From contig CAYLZE010000114.1 of assembly GCA_964388035.1 (NCBI GenBank), forward strand, positions 1 to 16,248: a stretch of 16,248 nt of DNA. Reading direction: 5' to 3'. The position numbers and the translations under genes were made by a program. Position 1 is the first letter of the stretch; each line of letters opens with the position of its first letter. The notes under the pieces were generated by a model. That model did not search any database. It was not told the DNA's origin and worked only from the letters and a program-made list of their open reading frames with translations. Shown piece after piece: positions 1 to 10,001 of this stretch. Source of the stretch: an uncultured archaeon. Its GTDB lineage: Archaea > Asgardarchaeota > Lokiarchaeia > Sigyniarchaeales > SOKP01.

Positions 1-86
1 AATGATAAACAATACAACATACACACTTTTTAATGAACATAACTCGATATAAAAAAAGATCTTAAACAATACTAACTAAATTTTAG

Positions 87-374
87 ACTTTATTAGATTT
101 TTCTTTTATATGTACTTTCATCTATAACCGAGTAAGACCAAATTTATTTGGTATAATCATCTTTCATACAGTTTTCAATTGGGGGTATGGATTTTTATTT
201 CTAATCGCGTTCCCCGAACTTTTTACTAGATCGGAAAATATTTTATTATTCTATTCGATAACTTTGACACTTTTCTCCCTTCCTCTAATAATCTATTACG
301 CCAAAAATAGAAGTCTTTCTAATTTAACTGAACCATCCATTGAAGAAAAAAAGTATAACGAGATTTCAGCCTGA
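87..374 (+). pseudogene. 3' fragment of a CPBP (CAAX protease/Abi) family intramembrane metalloprotease
   Basis: Manual translation: open frame from 87 (after TAG at 84-86) to TGA at 372-374 with no start codon at its 5' end. TLLDFSFICTFIYNRVRPNLFGIIIFHTVFNWGYGFLFLIAFPELF...ISA* resembles the last CPBP motif (Y..t.sl...i..HxxxN) followed by a hydrophobic helix. The EExxxR motif is absent. Confidence 0.55.
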
Positions 375-492
375 TTTTATTCTTTATTTCTTTTAACTTA
401 AACTCCAAAAATCTTATTATTTTATAATTATAAAGCTCGTTTTTTTTCTTTTTCATTCTCAGAGAAATAGAGAATAATATTTATATCTTGAC

Positions 493-1299
493 CTATTCCT
501 CTTGTAATAGACTTTTTATTCCATTCAGCTTGGACATATGGCCTTTAGTAATTAATTTCATGAAAGATTCTTTGCCTGCAATTTGAGTAGTGATTTCTTT
601 CAATGATATATTATTTGCTTGCAATTTTTCTGCTTGCTCTTTTGCATCCTCTAAATAAGAAATTTTTTTAAGAATTACTTTGTTTCCATCAGAGAGATGT
701 CCCATATGTCCACAAAAAATCTCCTTTACATCATATTGAGTTAACTTTTTCAAAGAAGCCAAAATTTGTATTTGATTATCGAATGGTTGGGCTTCAAGAG
801 ATAACTTTCCGGGATGAAGATCCCCTGAAAAAAGCCACTTCTTTTCGGGTTCATATAGACAAATATGCCCCGGAGAATGCCCCGGAGTGTGGATGATTTT
901 TAGAGTGTGAGATTTTGTTCTTGTTTCGAAGGGGATTTCTATGGGATGAGATGCAGGAGGAATACCCCATGTGGTTTTTTGATATCCTCGTAAATGTAGA
1001 AGTTCAGGATCTTCAATCCTTTTAATCGCATCTTTATGGGCATAAAGTTGAACTTCTTTTCTTTTCTTTTAAAATTGCATTATTTCCAACGTGATCTTCG
1101 TGTGCATGGGTGTTCACAACGATATTAAGTTCCCTTCCCTCCAAAAAATGTAATAATTGATCTTGGCATAGTGTTGTCCCCGTATCTATCAGCAAATCTT
1201 CTAATAAATAGCTATATATACAGAATAAATATATATTCCAAAAATGCCCCGACTTGTAGTTATTAGGATTAAATCCTCGTATTGTTCCGTTTTTAACAT
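493..1299 (-). pseudogene. Metallo-beta-lactamase-fold hydrolase with two frameshifts
   Basis: ATG at 1299 is preceded by SD-like AGGTGA. The reconstructed protein has LLIDTG, THAHEDHVGN (HxHxDH), LYAH, HTPGHSPGH, LFSGD and FCGH. Frameshifts lie at (TA)4 1213-1220 (premature TAG 1201-1203) and near (AAAAG)3 1056-1070 (TAA 1034-1036). The listed 89-aa ORF is its C-terminus. Confidence 0.88.
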
Positions 1300-1310
1300 T
1301 TTTTCACCTT

Positions 1311-1394
1311 TCTAATATTATTGAAATAATTCCCGAAATGCCAAAATCAGTAGTTGGGAAAATTCTAAGAAGAGAATTAAGAACAAAAGAATAA
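1311..1394 (+). pseudogene. Orphan C-terminal fragment of an AMP-forming (long-chain) acyl-CoA ligase
   Basis: Translates SNIIEIIPEMPKSVVGKILRRELRTKE*, matching the ANL-superfamily A10 motif (lPks.vGKilrr.Lr). It is followed by a T-run at about 1410-1420. The rest of the gene is absent. Confidence 0.8.
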
Positions 1395-1495
1395 ATATTT
1401 TAGTTCCCTATTTTTTTTTTATTTTAAGAATAATAATTTCCAAATTCTTGCCCGATAAGCTCATATATTTGAATATTTATTAAAATTATACTCTC

Positions 1496-2410
1496 ATGGA
1501 ATATCATCTCGCGCCTTTAAAAAATATTAGTTATTGGGTATTTCGAGCCCTTTTTCCTGAAATATCTGACTCTTACCTTGGAATGATTAATCTAAAATCT
1601 TTACTTTCTCAAAAGCAGCAAGTATTAGATAATATTGATACCTTTCCTATTCCTCAACAACGACAATGGATACAAGTTCTCACGAATAATCCGCGAGAAA
1701 TGGTAAGATTGAGTCGATGGTTGGGTGAATTTAGTATCAATTATCCCCAAAAAGCAAACATACATGGGATTAATATCAACGCTGGATGCCCAGATTTGGA
1801 CGTAATCGCTGCGGGGCAAGGCGCAGCTCTAATCAAGCGGACAAAACGTCTCGTTGATTTGATAAAAGCATTTTTAGGGGAATCTGAATCTCATCCCTAC
1901 CATATCAGTATCAAGATGCGGTTAGGATTAAATGCATTTGAATTGAGATATAAAAGAGTGGTTAATTTTTTGGAAGCTATTAGGCAAATAGACGACGAAA
2001 GACTTTCGCCGACGATAATTCATTTCAAGGATGCCCGACAATCTTCAATAGAGAATCCACATTGGGAGTTTTTGGAAAGAATTTTGGATGTAGAGAGTCC
2101 TATAATCATAAATGGAAATATTCGAAATCAAGATGATATTATTAAAATTCAATATGGGTTATCTTCTAATTATCTTAAAGATTGGAACAAATTGATTCAA
2201 GGAATCATGATTGGACGAGCTGCGATTAAGGATCCTAATTGTTTTAAAACTTTTCCTCTCACTCACGATTGTTTCAAGGAAGATCAATGGAAAATAACCC
2301 TGTGGAAAAATATTAAACTCCATCCCCCTCCAAATCATTTTATTCAAATAATGGAACAATACCATCCCTCCTTGTTTAAGGAAAAGCAAACTTCACGCAC
2401 GATATCATAA
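1496..2410 (+). CDS. dus: tRNA-dihydrouridine synthase (Dus) family flavoprotein
   Basis: N-terminal LAPL, ININAGCP with the catalytic Cys, GAAL, IKMRLG, IINGNI and IMIGRAA motifs. Confidence 0.85.
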   Translation: MEYHLAPLKNISYWVFRALFPEISDSYLGMINLKSLLSQKQQVLDNIDTFPIPQQRQWIQVLTNNPREMVRLSRWLGEFSINYPQKANIHGININAGCPDLDVIAAGQGAALIKRTKRLVDLIKAFLGESESHPYHISIKMRLGLNAFELRYKRVVNFLEAIRQIDDERLSPTIIHFKDARQSSIENPHWEFLERILDVESPIIINGNIRNQDDIIKIQYGLSSNYLKDWNKLIQGIMIGRAAIKDPNCFKTFPLTHDCFKEDQWKITLWKNIKLHPPPNHFIQIMEQYHPSLFKEKQTSRTIS

Positions 2411-2759
2411 AAGATACTCATGATTCAAATAACATCGATATAGTGCAAAACTTAATAAACATCTTCCTCATTTCAATTTCATGTAGATATTTCTCATTTA
2501 ATGCATGATTAAAAATGAGTCTTTCAAGATTGCATTTATTTATTAATTTATAATTTAACAAATTAGCAACAAAAATTCCTAAAAATTAGAGTTGGATGAT
2601 CTAAAGTGTCTTTATAATTAAATGGGATTTGGGAATAAAAAAGAAGTTAAAAACACGAGAATTTATATGATGATATTCCTAAGCTTTAAATTGCAATAAA
2701 TGATTATATATAATTTAACTTAAAAATTCTTCCTTTTAAAATATTACATATTTATAATC

Positions 2760-4136
2760 ATGGAAAACGCAAAACTCTCAAGAAAGCAAATGCTCGGATT
2801 TTCTTTGGGAGCAATTCCAGCCGCTTTACTCGTGTATATATTCAACCTTTATTATGTTGACTTTTTTTATGATGACTTAAAACTCTTACCGGTATTCTTT
2901 ATTATTGGGCAGGTAATTTATGGGATTATTAATGGGATAAACGATCCGCTCATGGGACAGCTTTCGGACAGAACGAACAGGCAAAAATGGGGCGGAAGGA
3001 GAATTCCTTATATTAAATATGGAGCACCATTATGGGCGGTAACATTCATCATAACATGGATTCCATGGAGCATGGATAATCAAATCATCATCTTTCTTCA
3101 ATTTGTTTTTACCACATGCGCTTTTGATACCATGTTAACTCTAGTCGTGCTTTGCTGGATGGCACTCTTGCCAGAGATGACTAGTAACATTGAAGAGCGA
3201 AACATGGTCGTCCTTTATGTTCTTGTTATTGGATTATTAGGAATCTTGCCCTTCATATTTTTAACACCCATTTTTAAGGAAGCGGGATTCCTTCCTTTTC
3301 AAATATTTAATACAATAGTTGGTATAATTTCCGTGGCTTGTTTTTGGATTGTTGCTAAAGTCAGTAAAGAAAAACCAGAATTTCAAAATGACGAGGTTTT
3401 TCCCCTATGGAAGTCCGTCAAAGAGACTCTTAAATCAAAATCATTTAGGTTTTTTGTGGGTTTTAATTTTTTTGAAGCATTTAATGCCTCTCTTGGAATA
3501 ACTTATCTCTTTGCTTATTCATATATCCTTGGAGGAGATATGGTGACGATAATTATTCTTTACTTACTATTTACTTTTGCAATCGGGTATAGTTCCAATT
3601 TTCTGTGCATTAAATTGGCAGCGCCAAAATGGGGCATGCGAAAAACCGTGTTAAGATTAGCATTTATTAAAGCTCTGATTCAGATCACTTTTTTCTTTCT
3701 TATTCTGAATCCTTCAACGGAATATTTAATCTGGCTTGGTGTGGTTCTTACTATGGGCCTTGGTGGATATGGGGTATTCAATACTAATTTCATGTATTTG
3801 TGCATGGATGAAGATGAGGTAAAACAAGGAATACGTAGAGAGGGTATGTTTCTGGGAACGAATGCATTAATTACTAAACCAGCTCAAAGTTTAGGGCCCA
3901 TTCTGGCGACTGTAATATTTACAGCTTTCGGATTCATTCAAAATGAACCTATTCAACCGTCCTCAGCACTTTTAGGAATTAAAATCTTGTTCTTTCTTAT
4001 TCCTGCGATAACCACATTAATTGGACTCATGTTCTTTTATTATTATAGAATAGATGGTGATATATTAGAAGATCTTAAAATCAAGCTTGAAGCACTCCAT
4101 AAAGAAAAACAAGAAAAATTGAATATTACGACTTAA
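2760..4136 (+). CDS. MFS transporter, glycoside-pentoside-hexuronide (GPH/MelB-like) cation symporter family
   Basis: About 12 hydrophobic segments with NDPLMGQLSDRT, WGGRRIPY and D-E..G.RREGMF motifs typical of MFS_2. Confidence 0.9.
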   Translation: MENAKLSRKQMLGFSLGAIPAALLVYIFNLYYVDFFYDDLKLLPVFFIIGQVIYGIINGINDPLMGQLSDRTNRQKWGGRRIPYIKYGAPLWAVTFIITWIPWSMDNQIIIFLQFVFTTCAFDTMLTLVVLCWMALLPEMTSNIEERNMVVLYVLVIGLLGILPFIFLTPIFKEAGFLPFQIFNTIVGIISVACFWIVAKVSKEKPEFQNDEVFPLWKSVKETLKSKSFRFFVGFNFFEAFNASLGITYLFAYSYILGGDMVTIIILYLLFTFAIGYSSNFLCIKLAAPKWGMRKTVLRLAFIKALIQITFFFLILNPSTEYLIWLGVVLTMGLGGYGVFNTNFMYLCMDEDEVKQGIRREGMFLGTNALITKPAQSLGPILATVIFTAFGFIQNEPIQPSSALLGIKILFFLIPAITTLIGLMFFYYYRIDGDILEDLKIKLEALHKEKQEKLNITT

Positions 4137-4330
4137 ATCTATTAATTTTTAATTTTATTTTACTTTATTTTTATCAAAAAAAGACTAATTGTTATTTTTT
4201 TTGTCTATTTAAATAATCTTTGGCTCCTCTAAATACCATTCGGGGATAAGGAGACCCGCAAATAATTTAAAGAGGATTCGTTTTCCAAATAATATAACAA
4301 TTATTCCAAAAAAATTATTAAAAATAAAAA

Positions 4331-5833
4331 ATGGTCATCATGGTTAATATAAAAACAAGGATGGGAGAAATAGCAGGCATTCAAAATTCAAATTATCAAG
4401 CATTTCTAGGAATACCTTATGTGCGACCACCAACAGGAAATTTACGCTTTAGTGAACCTGTTCCCTTGGAACCTTGGGGGGGGGTAAAGAATTGCACTAA
4501 ATTTGGCTCCATTGCTCCCCAACATCAAACAGACACGCCTCCCATGCATCAAAAAGAGGAGGAAAATTGTCTATTTTTAAACGTGTGGACTCCAAAAGCT
4601 GATAATGAAAAGCGTCCTGTCCTATGTTGGATACATGGTGGAGCATTTTTAAATGGAGCAGGTTCAAGACCACGATTAAATGGTGCAAGATTAGCGGTTC
4701 ATGGGAATGTCGTGGTCGTTACCTTTAATTATCGATTGGGAGCTTTAGGGTTTCTTAATTTATCACCTATTCCGCCTAATTTAGGCATTCAGGATCAGGT
4801 TGCCGCTTTAAAGTGGATTAAAGAAAATATATCCTCATTTGGGGGAAATCCCGAAAATATCACCATATTTGGAGAATCAGCGGGTGCGGGGTCTGTATCC
4901 GTCTTACTCACGATACCTTCTGCTAAAGGTTTATTTCAACGTGCTATCATGGAAAGTGGAGTTGCGCATCCTCGTGATTTCGAACCGATAAGTGCAAATA
5001 AAGGTGCAGAAAAATTTATTGCAAAATTGAAGATTTCACAAGAGAATATTGAAGAATTGCGACAAATCCCTCTAAAGAAATTGCTACGTATTCAACAGAA
5101 AGTTGGAGGATTGATCGGGCTTTCATTTGATAACCCATTTAGACCCTATATTGATGGGAAAGTCATTCCCGAACATCCTTTAGAATCAATGCGAAAGGGC
5201 GAAATAAACAACGTTCCGATAATAGTAGGTAATAATTTAAATGAGGCAGGCATTATTGATAATTTTTTTAGGCTTGCTTCTGATGAAACAAAAGTAAAAC
5301 CATTAATTACCATGCTTAAAAAGAATACGGAGTCCTTTGGCATAAAAAAAGAGGATTTACAAATACTTCTGGAAAAATATCGTGAAATAGCCAGGGATCT
5401 ATATGCCGAAAAACCTTACAAAGTTTGGGATCTGTTTTTTACTGACTTGATCTTTAGAGTCCCCACCACACGTCAATTAGAAGCATATATCAAACATCAA
5501 CAACAAGCTTACTGCTATATCTTTACTCATGGTGCGTCACAAGACAATAATGCATTTCATACAATAGAAATTCCTTTTGTATTTGGAAATCTGGATACGA
5601 AAGATATTTCGGAATCCTTTACTGGAATGGGAGAAGTGGCAGAAAAGCTGTCTAAAACAATAATGGACACATGGGTTACATTTGCGAAGTCAGGGAATCC
5701 AAATCACGAGGGTTTACCAGAATGGCCCACTTATGATACTCAAAGGCGAGCAACAATGATGTTCGGTCCTGAAGTTAAAATTGAACTTGCTCCAATGGAG
5801 AATCTTAGAAAAGCTTGGGATAATATTCTTTAA
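4331..5833 (+). CDS. Type-B carboxylesterase/lipase (pNB-esterase-like)
   Basis: FLGIPY, EENCLFLNVW, WIHGGAF oxyanion hole, NYRLG, GESAG nucleophile, NEA (Glu) and AFHTIEI (His). The start may be the ATG at 4340. Confidence 0.95.
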   Translation: MVIMVNIKTRMGEIAGIQNSNYQAFLGIPYVRPPTGNLRFSEPVPLEPWGGVKNCTKFGSIAPQHQTDTPPMHQKEEENCLFLNVWTPKADNEKRPVLCWIHGGAFLNGAGSRPRLNGARLAVHGNVVVVTFNYRLGALGFLNLSPIPPNLGIQDQVAALKWIKENISSFGGNPENITIFGESAGAGSVSVLLTIPSAKGLFQRAIMESGVAHPRDFEPISANKGAEKFIAKLKISQENIEELRQIPLKKLLRIQQKVGGLIGLSFDNPFRPYIDGKVIPEHPLESMRKGEINNVPIIVGNNLNEAGIIDNFFRLASDETKVKPLITMLKKNTESFGIKKEDLQILLEKYREIARDLYAEKPYKVWDLFFTDLIFRVPTTRQLEAYIKHQQQAYCYIFTHGASQDNNAFHTIEIPFVFGNLDTKDISESFTGMGEVAEKLSKTIMDTWVTFAKSGNPNHEGLPEWPTYDTQRRATMMFGPEVKIELAPMENLRKAWDNIL

Positions 5834-5951
5834 CTCAATTTTTTTTATAATTTAGACTTTTTAAGTTTCTCAGTAATTAGAAAGTTAAGTTAGATTATTT
5901 TTTCTTAAAAAAATATAAAAATGAGTAATGAGGGAAAATTAATTCAAATTT

Positions 5952-7019
5952 TTAACCTAAAAGAAGGTCCCACTTTATTGATTTTTCGAGAAGTTCTAAA
6001 GCATAATGGATTTCATCTTCTTGAATACCCGGTCTCAAGTGCATCAAGTTTCTCATGGTAGTGTATGTATCAGAAGGAGATAAAATGATTGGGATACCGC
6101 GTTCATTAGCCGCCGTAATAACTTTTATATCCGGTTGAATAAAGCCCGTTAAGATCAAGCAAGATATATCTTGATTAATCGCGGCCAAAATTAAATCAGA
6201 ACGATCCCCTCCTGTGATGAAAGCTGCTTTCCGAACTTGTCTTAAATATTTCAAGGCACTTTGAGTATTCATGGCGCCTATGATGTAATTCTCCACCAAA
6301 CTATTCAAGCCGGGAGCGGTGATTTCATTGATAAAATCTCCTCCTATTCCTTGCTGAACTTCAGAAACCCTAAGTGACATTAACTCCATACTCTTTTCCA
6401 CAATTCCAATAAGAGAGATATTGTATCGTTTGATATGGTTATCTTCCAGTTCCTTTATGCGAGCCATGTAATCATAATCAATTTTATTAAAAATCACGCC
6501 CCGAATGCCCATGTTACGAAAATCAAAATATTTCTTAGTGAAAAAGAGATTGTCTATACAATTATCGCTTGATTCCGTTTCAATAAAAATTAAATCTTTT
6601 ATACCAAGCGTTTGCGCTATGGTAAGATCGTCAAGACCAACCCTAATATACTTCTTAATGCTTGGTGCGCCTTCAATGATGACATATTCCACGTCCTTAC
6701 AAATTTGATCATAAGCCTCTTTTATTTTCCCTAAAAGCTCTTCCTTTCTATCGGCACTAATTAAATCCACGTAATAGCAATCCGGAATAGAAACGGGCGA
6801 ATGCAAATCATATGGAAGGGTAGATTGATCCACGCATGCTCTCTGAATAAATCCAACATCTCTATCCGCTTTAGCGGTAAATGCGCTTATAGGAATTCCC
6901 ACGGGCTTAAAATAAACCGCTTTCTTATTTTCTTTTCGAAGTTTTTCCAAAATGCCAATCGAAAGGAAACTTTTTCCTACTCTTTCTTTAAGAGAACATA
7001 GATAGAGGTTTTTTGCCAT
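5952..7019 (-). CDS. Phosphotransacetylase N-terminal-like protein (BioD-like/AAA_26 + DRTGG domains), no PTA catalytic domain
   Basis: N-terminal VGKS P-loop-like motif, YFKPVG, IIEGA, FNK, ITGGDRSD and LILTG; 355 aa. It lies directly downstream of the ACD gene. Confidence 0.88.
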   Translation of the reverse strand: MAKNLYLCSLKERVGKSFLSIGILEKLRKENKKAVYFKPVGIPISAFTAKADRDVGFIQRACVDQSTLPYDLHSPVSIPDCYYVDLISADRKEELLGKIKEAYDQICKDVEYVIIEGAPSIKKYIRVGLDDLTIAQTLGIKDLIFIETESSDNCIDNLFFTKKYFDFRNMGIRGVIFNKIDYDYMARIKELEDNHIKRYNISLIGIVEKSMELMSLRVSEVQQGIGGDFINEITAPGLNSLVENYIIGAMNTQSALKYLRQVRKAAFITGGDRSDLILAAINQDISCLILTGFIQPDIKVITAANERGIPIILSPSDTYTTMRNLMHLRPGIQEDEIHYALELLEKSIKWDLLLG

Positions 7020-7074
7020 TTTTTTTTCACTTTTTTCCTTACTAAATTTATTTAAACATTTTTAGTTAAAATAA

Positions 7075-9234
7075 TTATTTACTTTCCGCACGAGACACGG
7101 TTATTTTAATATCAACTGCAGAATAGCCCTTTACAAAAGATAATAACGGATTAATGTCCAGCTCTAGAATATCTGGAACATCATTAACGAGTTGAGAAAG
7201 CCTTAGCAAGACTTCTATGATTGCATTTATATCTGATGGACTTTCTCCTCGAACACCTTGTAATAGAGAGAAGACTTTAGTCTTTTGAAGCATTTCTTTA
7301 GCATCCTCTTCGGAAAACATATACGCTAATCCAAACGAGACATCTTTCAAGAAATTTGCATAAATCCCTCCAGAACCAATCATTAACTGTGGGCCAAATT
7401 GTGGATCTCTTGACATTCCCATGATTAATTCGTTCACTTTTTTCTCTTTTTTGAAATCAATCATTTCTTGTACTTCAACACCATAGATTTTTATAGTAGG
7501 GGAACTGTATTTTTTTACATTATCTATAATCTGTGTATAAGCTTCAAATGCATCTTGTGGTGTTTCAACATTCATTACAATTCCTCCAACGTCCGTTTTA
7601 TGAATAATTTGAGGACTAACAATTTTCATCACTGCCTTCCCTATCTCTTCTTGTATTTTCATGGCTTCTCGAGGAGTTTTTGCCAATCGCGATTTGGGAG
7701 ACTTAATTCCATAGCATTCGAAGATTTCACTTGTTTCATAACTTAAAAGTACAGTTCTATTGTCTTCTCGAGCACTTCTAATTATTTCTTTAACTCTTTC
7801 TACATTCGCCTCAAATCGAGGAATTTCTTTTTCATAAAAAGGTTCTTTTTTTAAAATTTCTCCCCTATCAATCAAAATTTTAAGACAATGAGCCGCTCTA
7901 TCGGGAAAAAGAAAACAAGGAACATGGTTAGTTTTTAAATATTTTCTTGCATCAGCAACTGACTTCTCTCCTATTAGAGAACAGGCAATGGGTTTATCTT
8001 TTAGATGATTTGAAGAAATTTGATAAATAATTTTAGCAACCTCGTTGGGATTCGTCTGAGCTTGAGGTGTAAGTATGATCAAGCATCCATTAGTAGTAAC
8101 ATCATTTTTTTGATCGGATTGGTCATGATTTAATGCAAAAATCGTTTCAAGGGTGAATTTATATCGTTCAGGATTAGCATCTCCCACTATATCAATTGGG
8201 TTAAATATTGCCGCTTCTTGTGGAAGCTTTTCACGCAATTCACGTAAAATCCTCTCTGAAAATTCCGCAAATTTTAACCCTTCTCGCTCAAAAGCATCTG
8301 TTGCGACAATACCAGGACCACCTGCATTGGTAATTATTGCAAAAGAATTTTTTTTGGGGACTGGTTGATACAAGAAGATTTCTCCGAAATCAAATAAGTC
8401 TTCAATGGTCTTGGCACGAATCACCCCGCATTTCTCAAAAGCAAGATCATATGCAACATCAGAGCCTGCTAATGCTCCCGTATGACTAGAAGCAGCTCGA
8501 GCTCCTGCTTCACTAATTCCTGACTTTAATATCACGATAGGCTTTTTTCTTGCCGCTTTTGGAACAACTTCCAAGAAGCGGGCTCCATCCTTTATGCTTT
8601 CTAAATAGCATAAAATGACATGGGTGTTTTCATCCTCTGCTAGATGTTCGATGAAATCCACGGCTCCTAAATCCGCCTTGTTTCCTAAACTTATATTACA
8701 AGAAAAACCAAAAGCTTGGGTCATGGAATAATCCATCATTCCCGTCAGCATCGCACCTGATTGAGAAATCATGGCAATATTCCCTTTTTTTGGAGTTTCT
8801 GCAGCAAAAGAACCGTTATATTGAAGACCTATGAACCCTAAACAATTTGGCCCTAATACGCGCATGTTATACTTCTTAGCAATACTTTTCAATTCCTCTT
8901 CTCTTTGTACCCCTTCGCCTCCAATTTCTTTGAACCCTGCTGTAATAACAATAACTCCCTTAATTTTTTTTTTTCCACATTCCTCTACTATAGGAGTTAC
9001 GAATTTTGCCGGAATCACAAAAATAGCGAGATCTATGTCATCTGGAACATCTAATACACTCTTATAAACCTTAAAACCTAATATTTCATTCTCATTGGGA
9101 TTTATAGGAAATATTTTTCCCTCATATTGCGAATCAATGATATTTTTCAATACAGAGTATCCCACTTTCTCAGATTTCGAACTTGCACCCACTATAGCTA
9201 TACTTTTAGGCTGAAAGAGAAAATCTAAGCTCAT
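7075..9234 (-). CDS. acd: ADP-forming acetyl/acyl-CoA synthetase, fused alpha-beta subunits
   Basis: PKSIAIVGAS CoA-binding fold, GPNCLG, SQSGA, SLGNKAD, SSHTGALAG (phospho-His), TNAGGPG, NPIDI, IHKTDVGG (beta His) and ELDINPL (ATP-grasp). There is no GNAT domain. Confidence 0.93.
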   Translation of the reverse strand: MSLDFLFQPKSIAIVGASSKSEKVGYSVLKNIIDSQYEGKIFPINPNENEILGFKVYKSVLDVPDDIDLAIFVIPAKFVTPIVEECGKKKIKGVIVITAGFKEIGGEGVQREEELKSIAKKYNMRVLGPNCLGFIGLQYNGSFAAETPKKGNIAMISQSGAMLTGMMDYSMTQAFGFSCNISLGNKADLGAVDFIEHLAEDENTHVILCYLESIKDGARFLEVVPKAARKKPIVILKSGISEAGARAASSHTGALAGSDVAYDLAFEKCGVIRAKTIEDLFDFGEIFLYQPVPKKNSFAIITNAGGPGIVATDAFEREGLKFAEFSERILRELREKLPQEAAIFNPIDIVGDANPERYKFTLETIFALNHDQSDQKNDVTTNGCLIILTPQAQTNPNEVAKIIYQISSNHLKDKPIACSLIGEKSVADARKYLKTNHVPCFLFPDRAAHCLKILIDRGEILKKEPFYEKEIPRFEANVERVKEIIRSAREDNRTVLLSYETSEIFECYGIKSPKSRLAKTPREAMKIQEEIGKAVMKIVSPQIIHKTDVGGIVMNVETPQDAFEAYTQIIDNVKKYSSPTIKIYGVEVQEMIDFKKEKKVNELIMGMSRDPQFGPQLMIGSGGIYANFLKDVSFGLAYMFSEEDAKEMLQKTKVFSLLQGVRGESPSDINAIIEVLLRLSQLVNDVPDILELDINPLLSFVKGYSAVDIKITVSRAESK

Positions 9235-9274
9235 GATAAGGGAAGATTCAGTTAGTAGTTGATATTAGGTGGTA

Positions 9275-9300
9275 ATTTCTAATGTATTTCTAATGTATTT
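9275..9300. repeat. 11-bp tandem direct repeat (ATTTCTAATGT x2.4) in the acd/cyclophilin divergent intergenic region
   Basis: atttctaatgt-atttctaatgt-attt, read directly from the sequence. Confidence 0.75.
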
Positions 9301-9409
9301 TAAAAAGAATTCATGAAATTTAAATTCAATATGCATAAATTATGTATGTATATAAATCAACCATTATAAATTTAAAAGAGTTTTTAAAAAAAGATCCAAT
9401 TTAATTCAT

Positions 9410-9886
9410 ATGGTTCAAATAGTCATAAAAACTACTAAAGGCGATATAAATCTTAATTTATTCGAGAAAGAAGCTCCCATGACAGTAGCTTCTTTTCTCT
9501 ATTTAGCGAAACAAGGATTTTATAATGGAGTTACCTTTCATCGCGTAATTGAAGATTTCATGATACAAGGAGGAGATCCTACCGGAACGGGACGGGGAGG
9601 ACCAAGAGATAAACAGGTTAGTTCCTTTCCATTTCAAGGAAATCAAATTAAATATCCGTTCGCAGATGAATTCAAAAGTAATAGAAAGTTTGACAAGCCT
9701 GGGATCCTGGCAATGGCCAATGCGGGGCCCAATACCAATGGATCACAGTTTTTCATAACGCACGTTCCTACTCCGTGGTTGAATAACAAGCACACTATTT
9801 TTGGAGAAGTTGTAAGTGCTGAAGATCAACGTATTGTTGATGCTATAAAACAAGGGGATCGAATTCAAGAAATGAAACTGAAATAA
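9410..9886 (+). CDS. Cyclophilin-type peptidyl-prolyl cis-trans isomerase
   Basis: [39 protein letters not shown] and [12 protein letters not shown]. Confidence 0.97.
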   Translation: MVQIVIKTTKGDINLNLFEKEAPMTVASFLYLAKQGFYNGVTFHRVIEDFMIQGGDPTGTGRGGPRDKQVSSFPFQGNQIKYPFADEFKSNRKFDKPGILAMANAGPNTNGSQFFITHVPTPWLNNKHTIFGEVVSAEDQRIVDAIKQGDRIQEMKLK

Positions 9887-10001
9887 CTTTTTCTTTGATT
9901 TCCTTTTTAAACATGAAATATTAAATTTATTACACTCATTTTTCATATTTCTTCTAAAGCAAAATGTTTTTTATATAACCAATTAGTTATCAATTTGACT
10001 C

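Noticed and set aside
1-40. Possible minus-strand gene start (MFIKKCVCCIVYH) running off the left edge
   Set aside because: Only 13 codons are visible, so it cannot be supported.
493-762. 89-aa ORF as an independent gene
   Set aside because: It is the in-frame C-terminus of the frameshifted MBL-fold gene starting at 1299.
866-887. Direct repeat ATGCCCCGGAG x2
   Set aside because: Explained by the coding repeat PGH-S-PGH in the MBL motif.
7075-9234. Protein lysine acetyltransferase (PatZ/Pka) assignment
   Set aside because: There is no GNAT domain and the catalytic His in SSHTG is retained.
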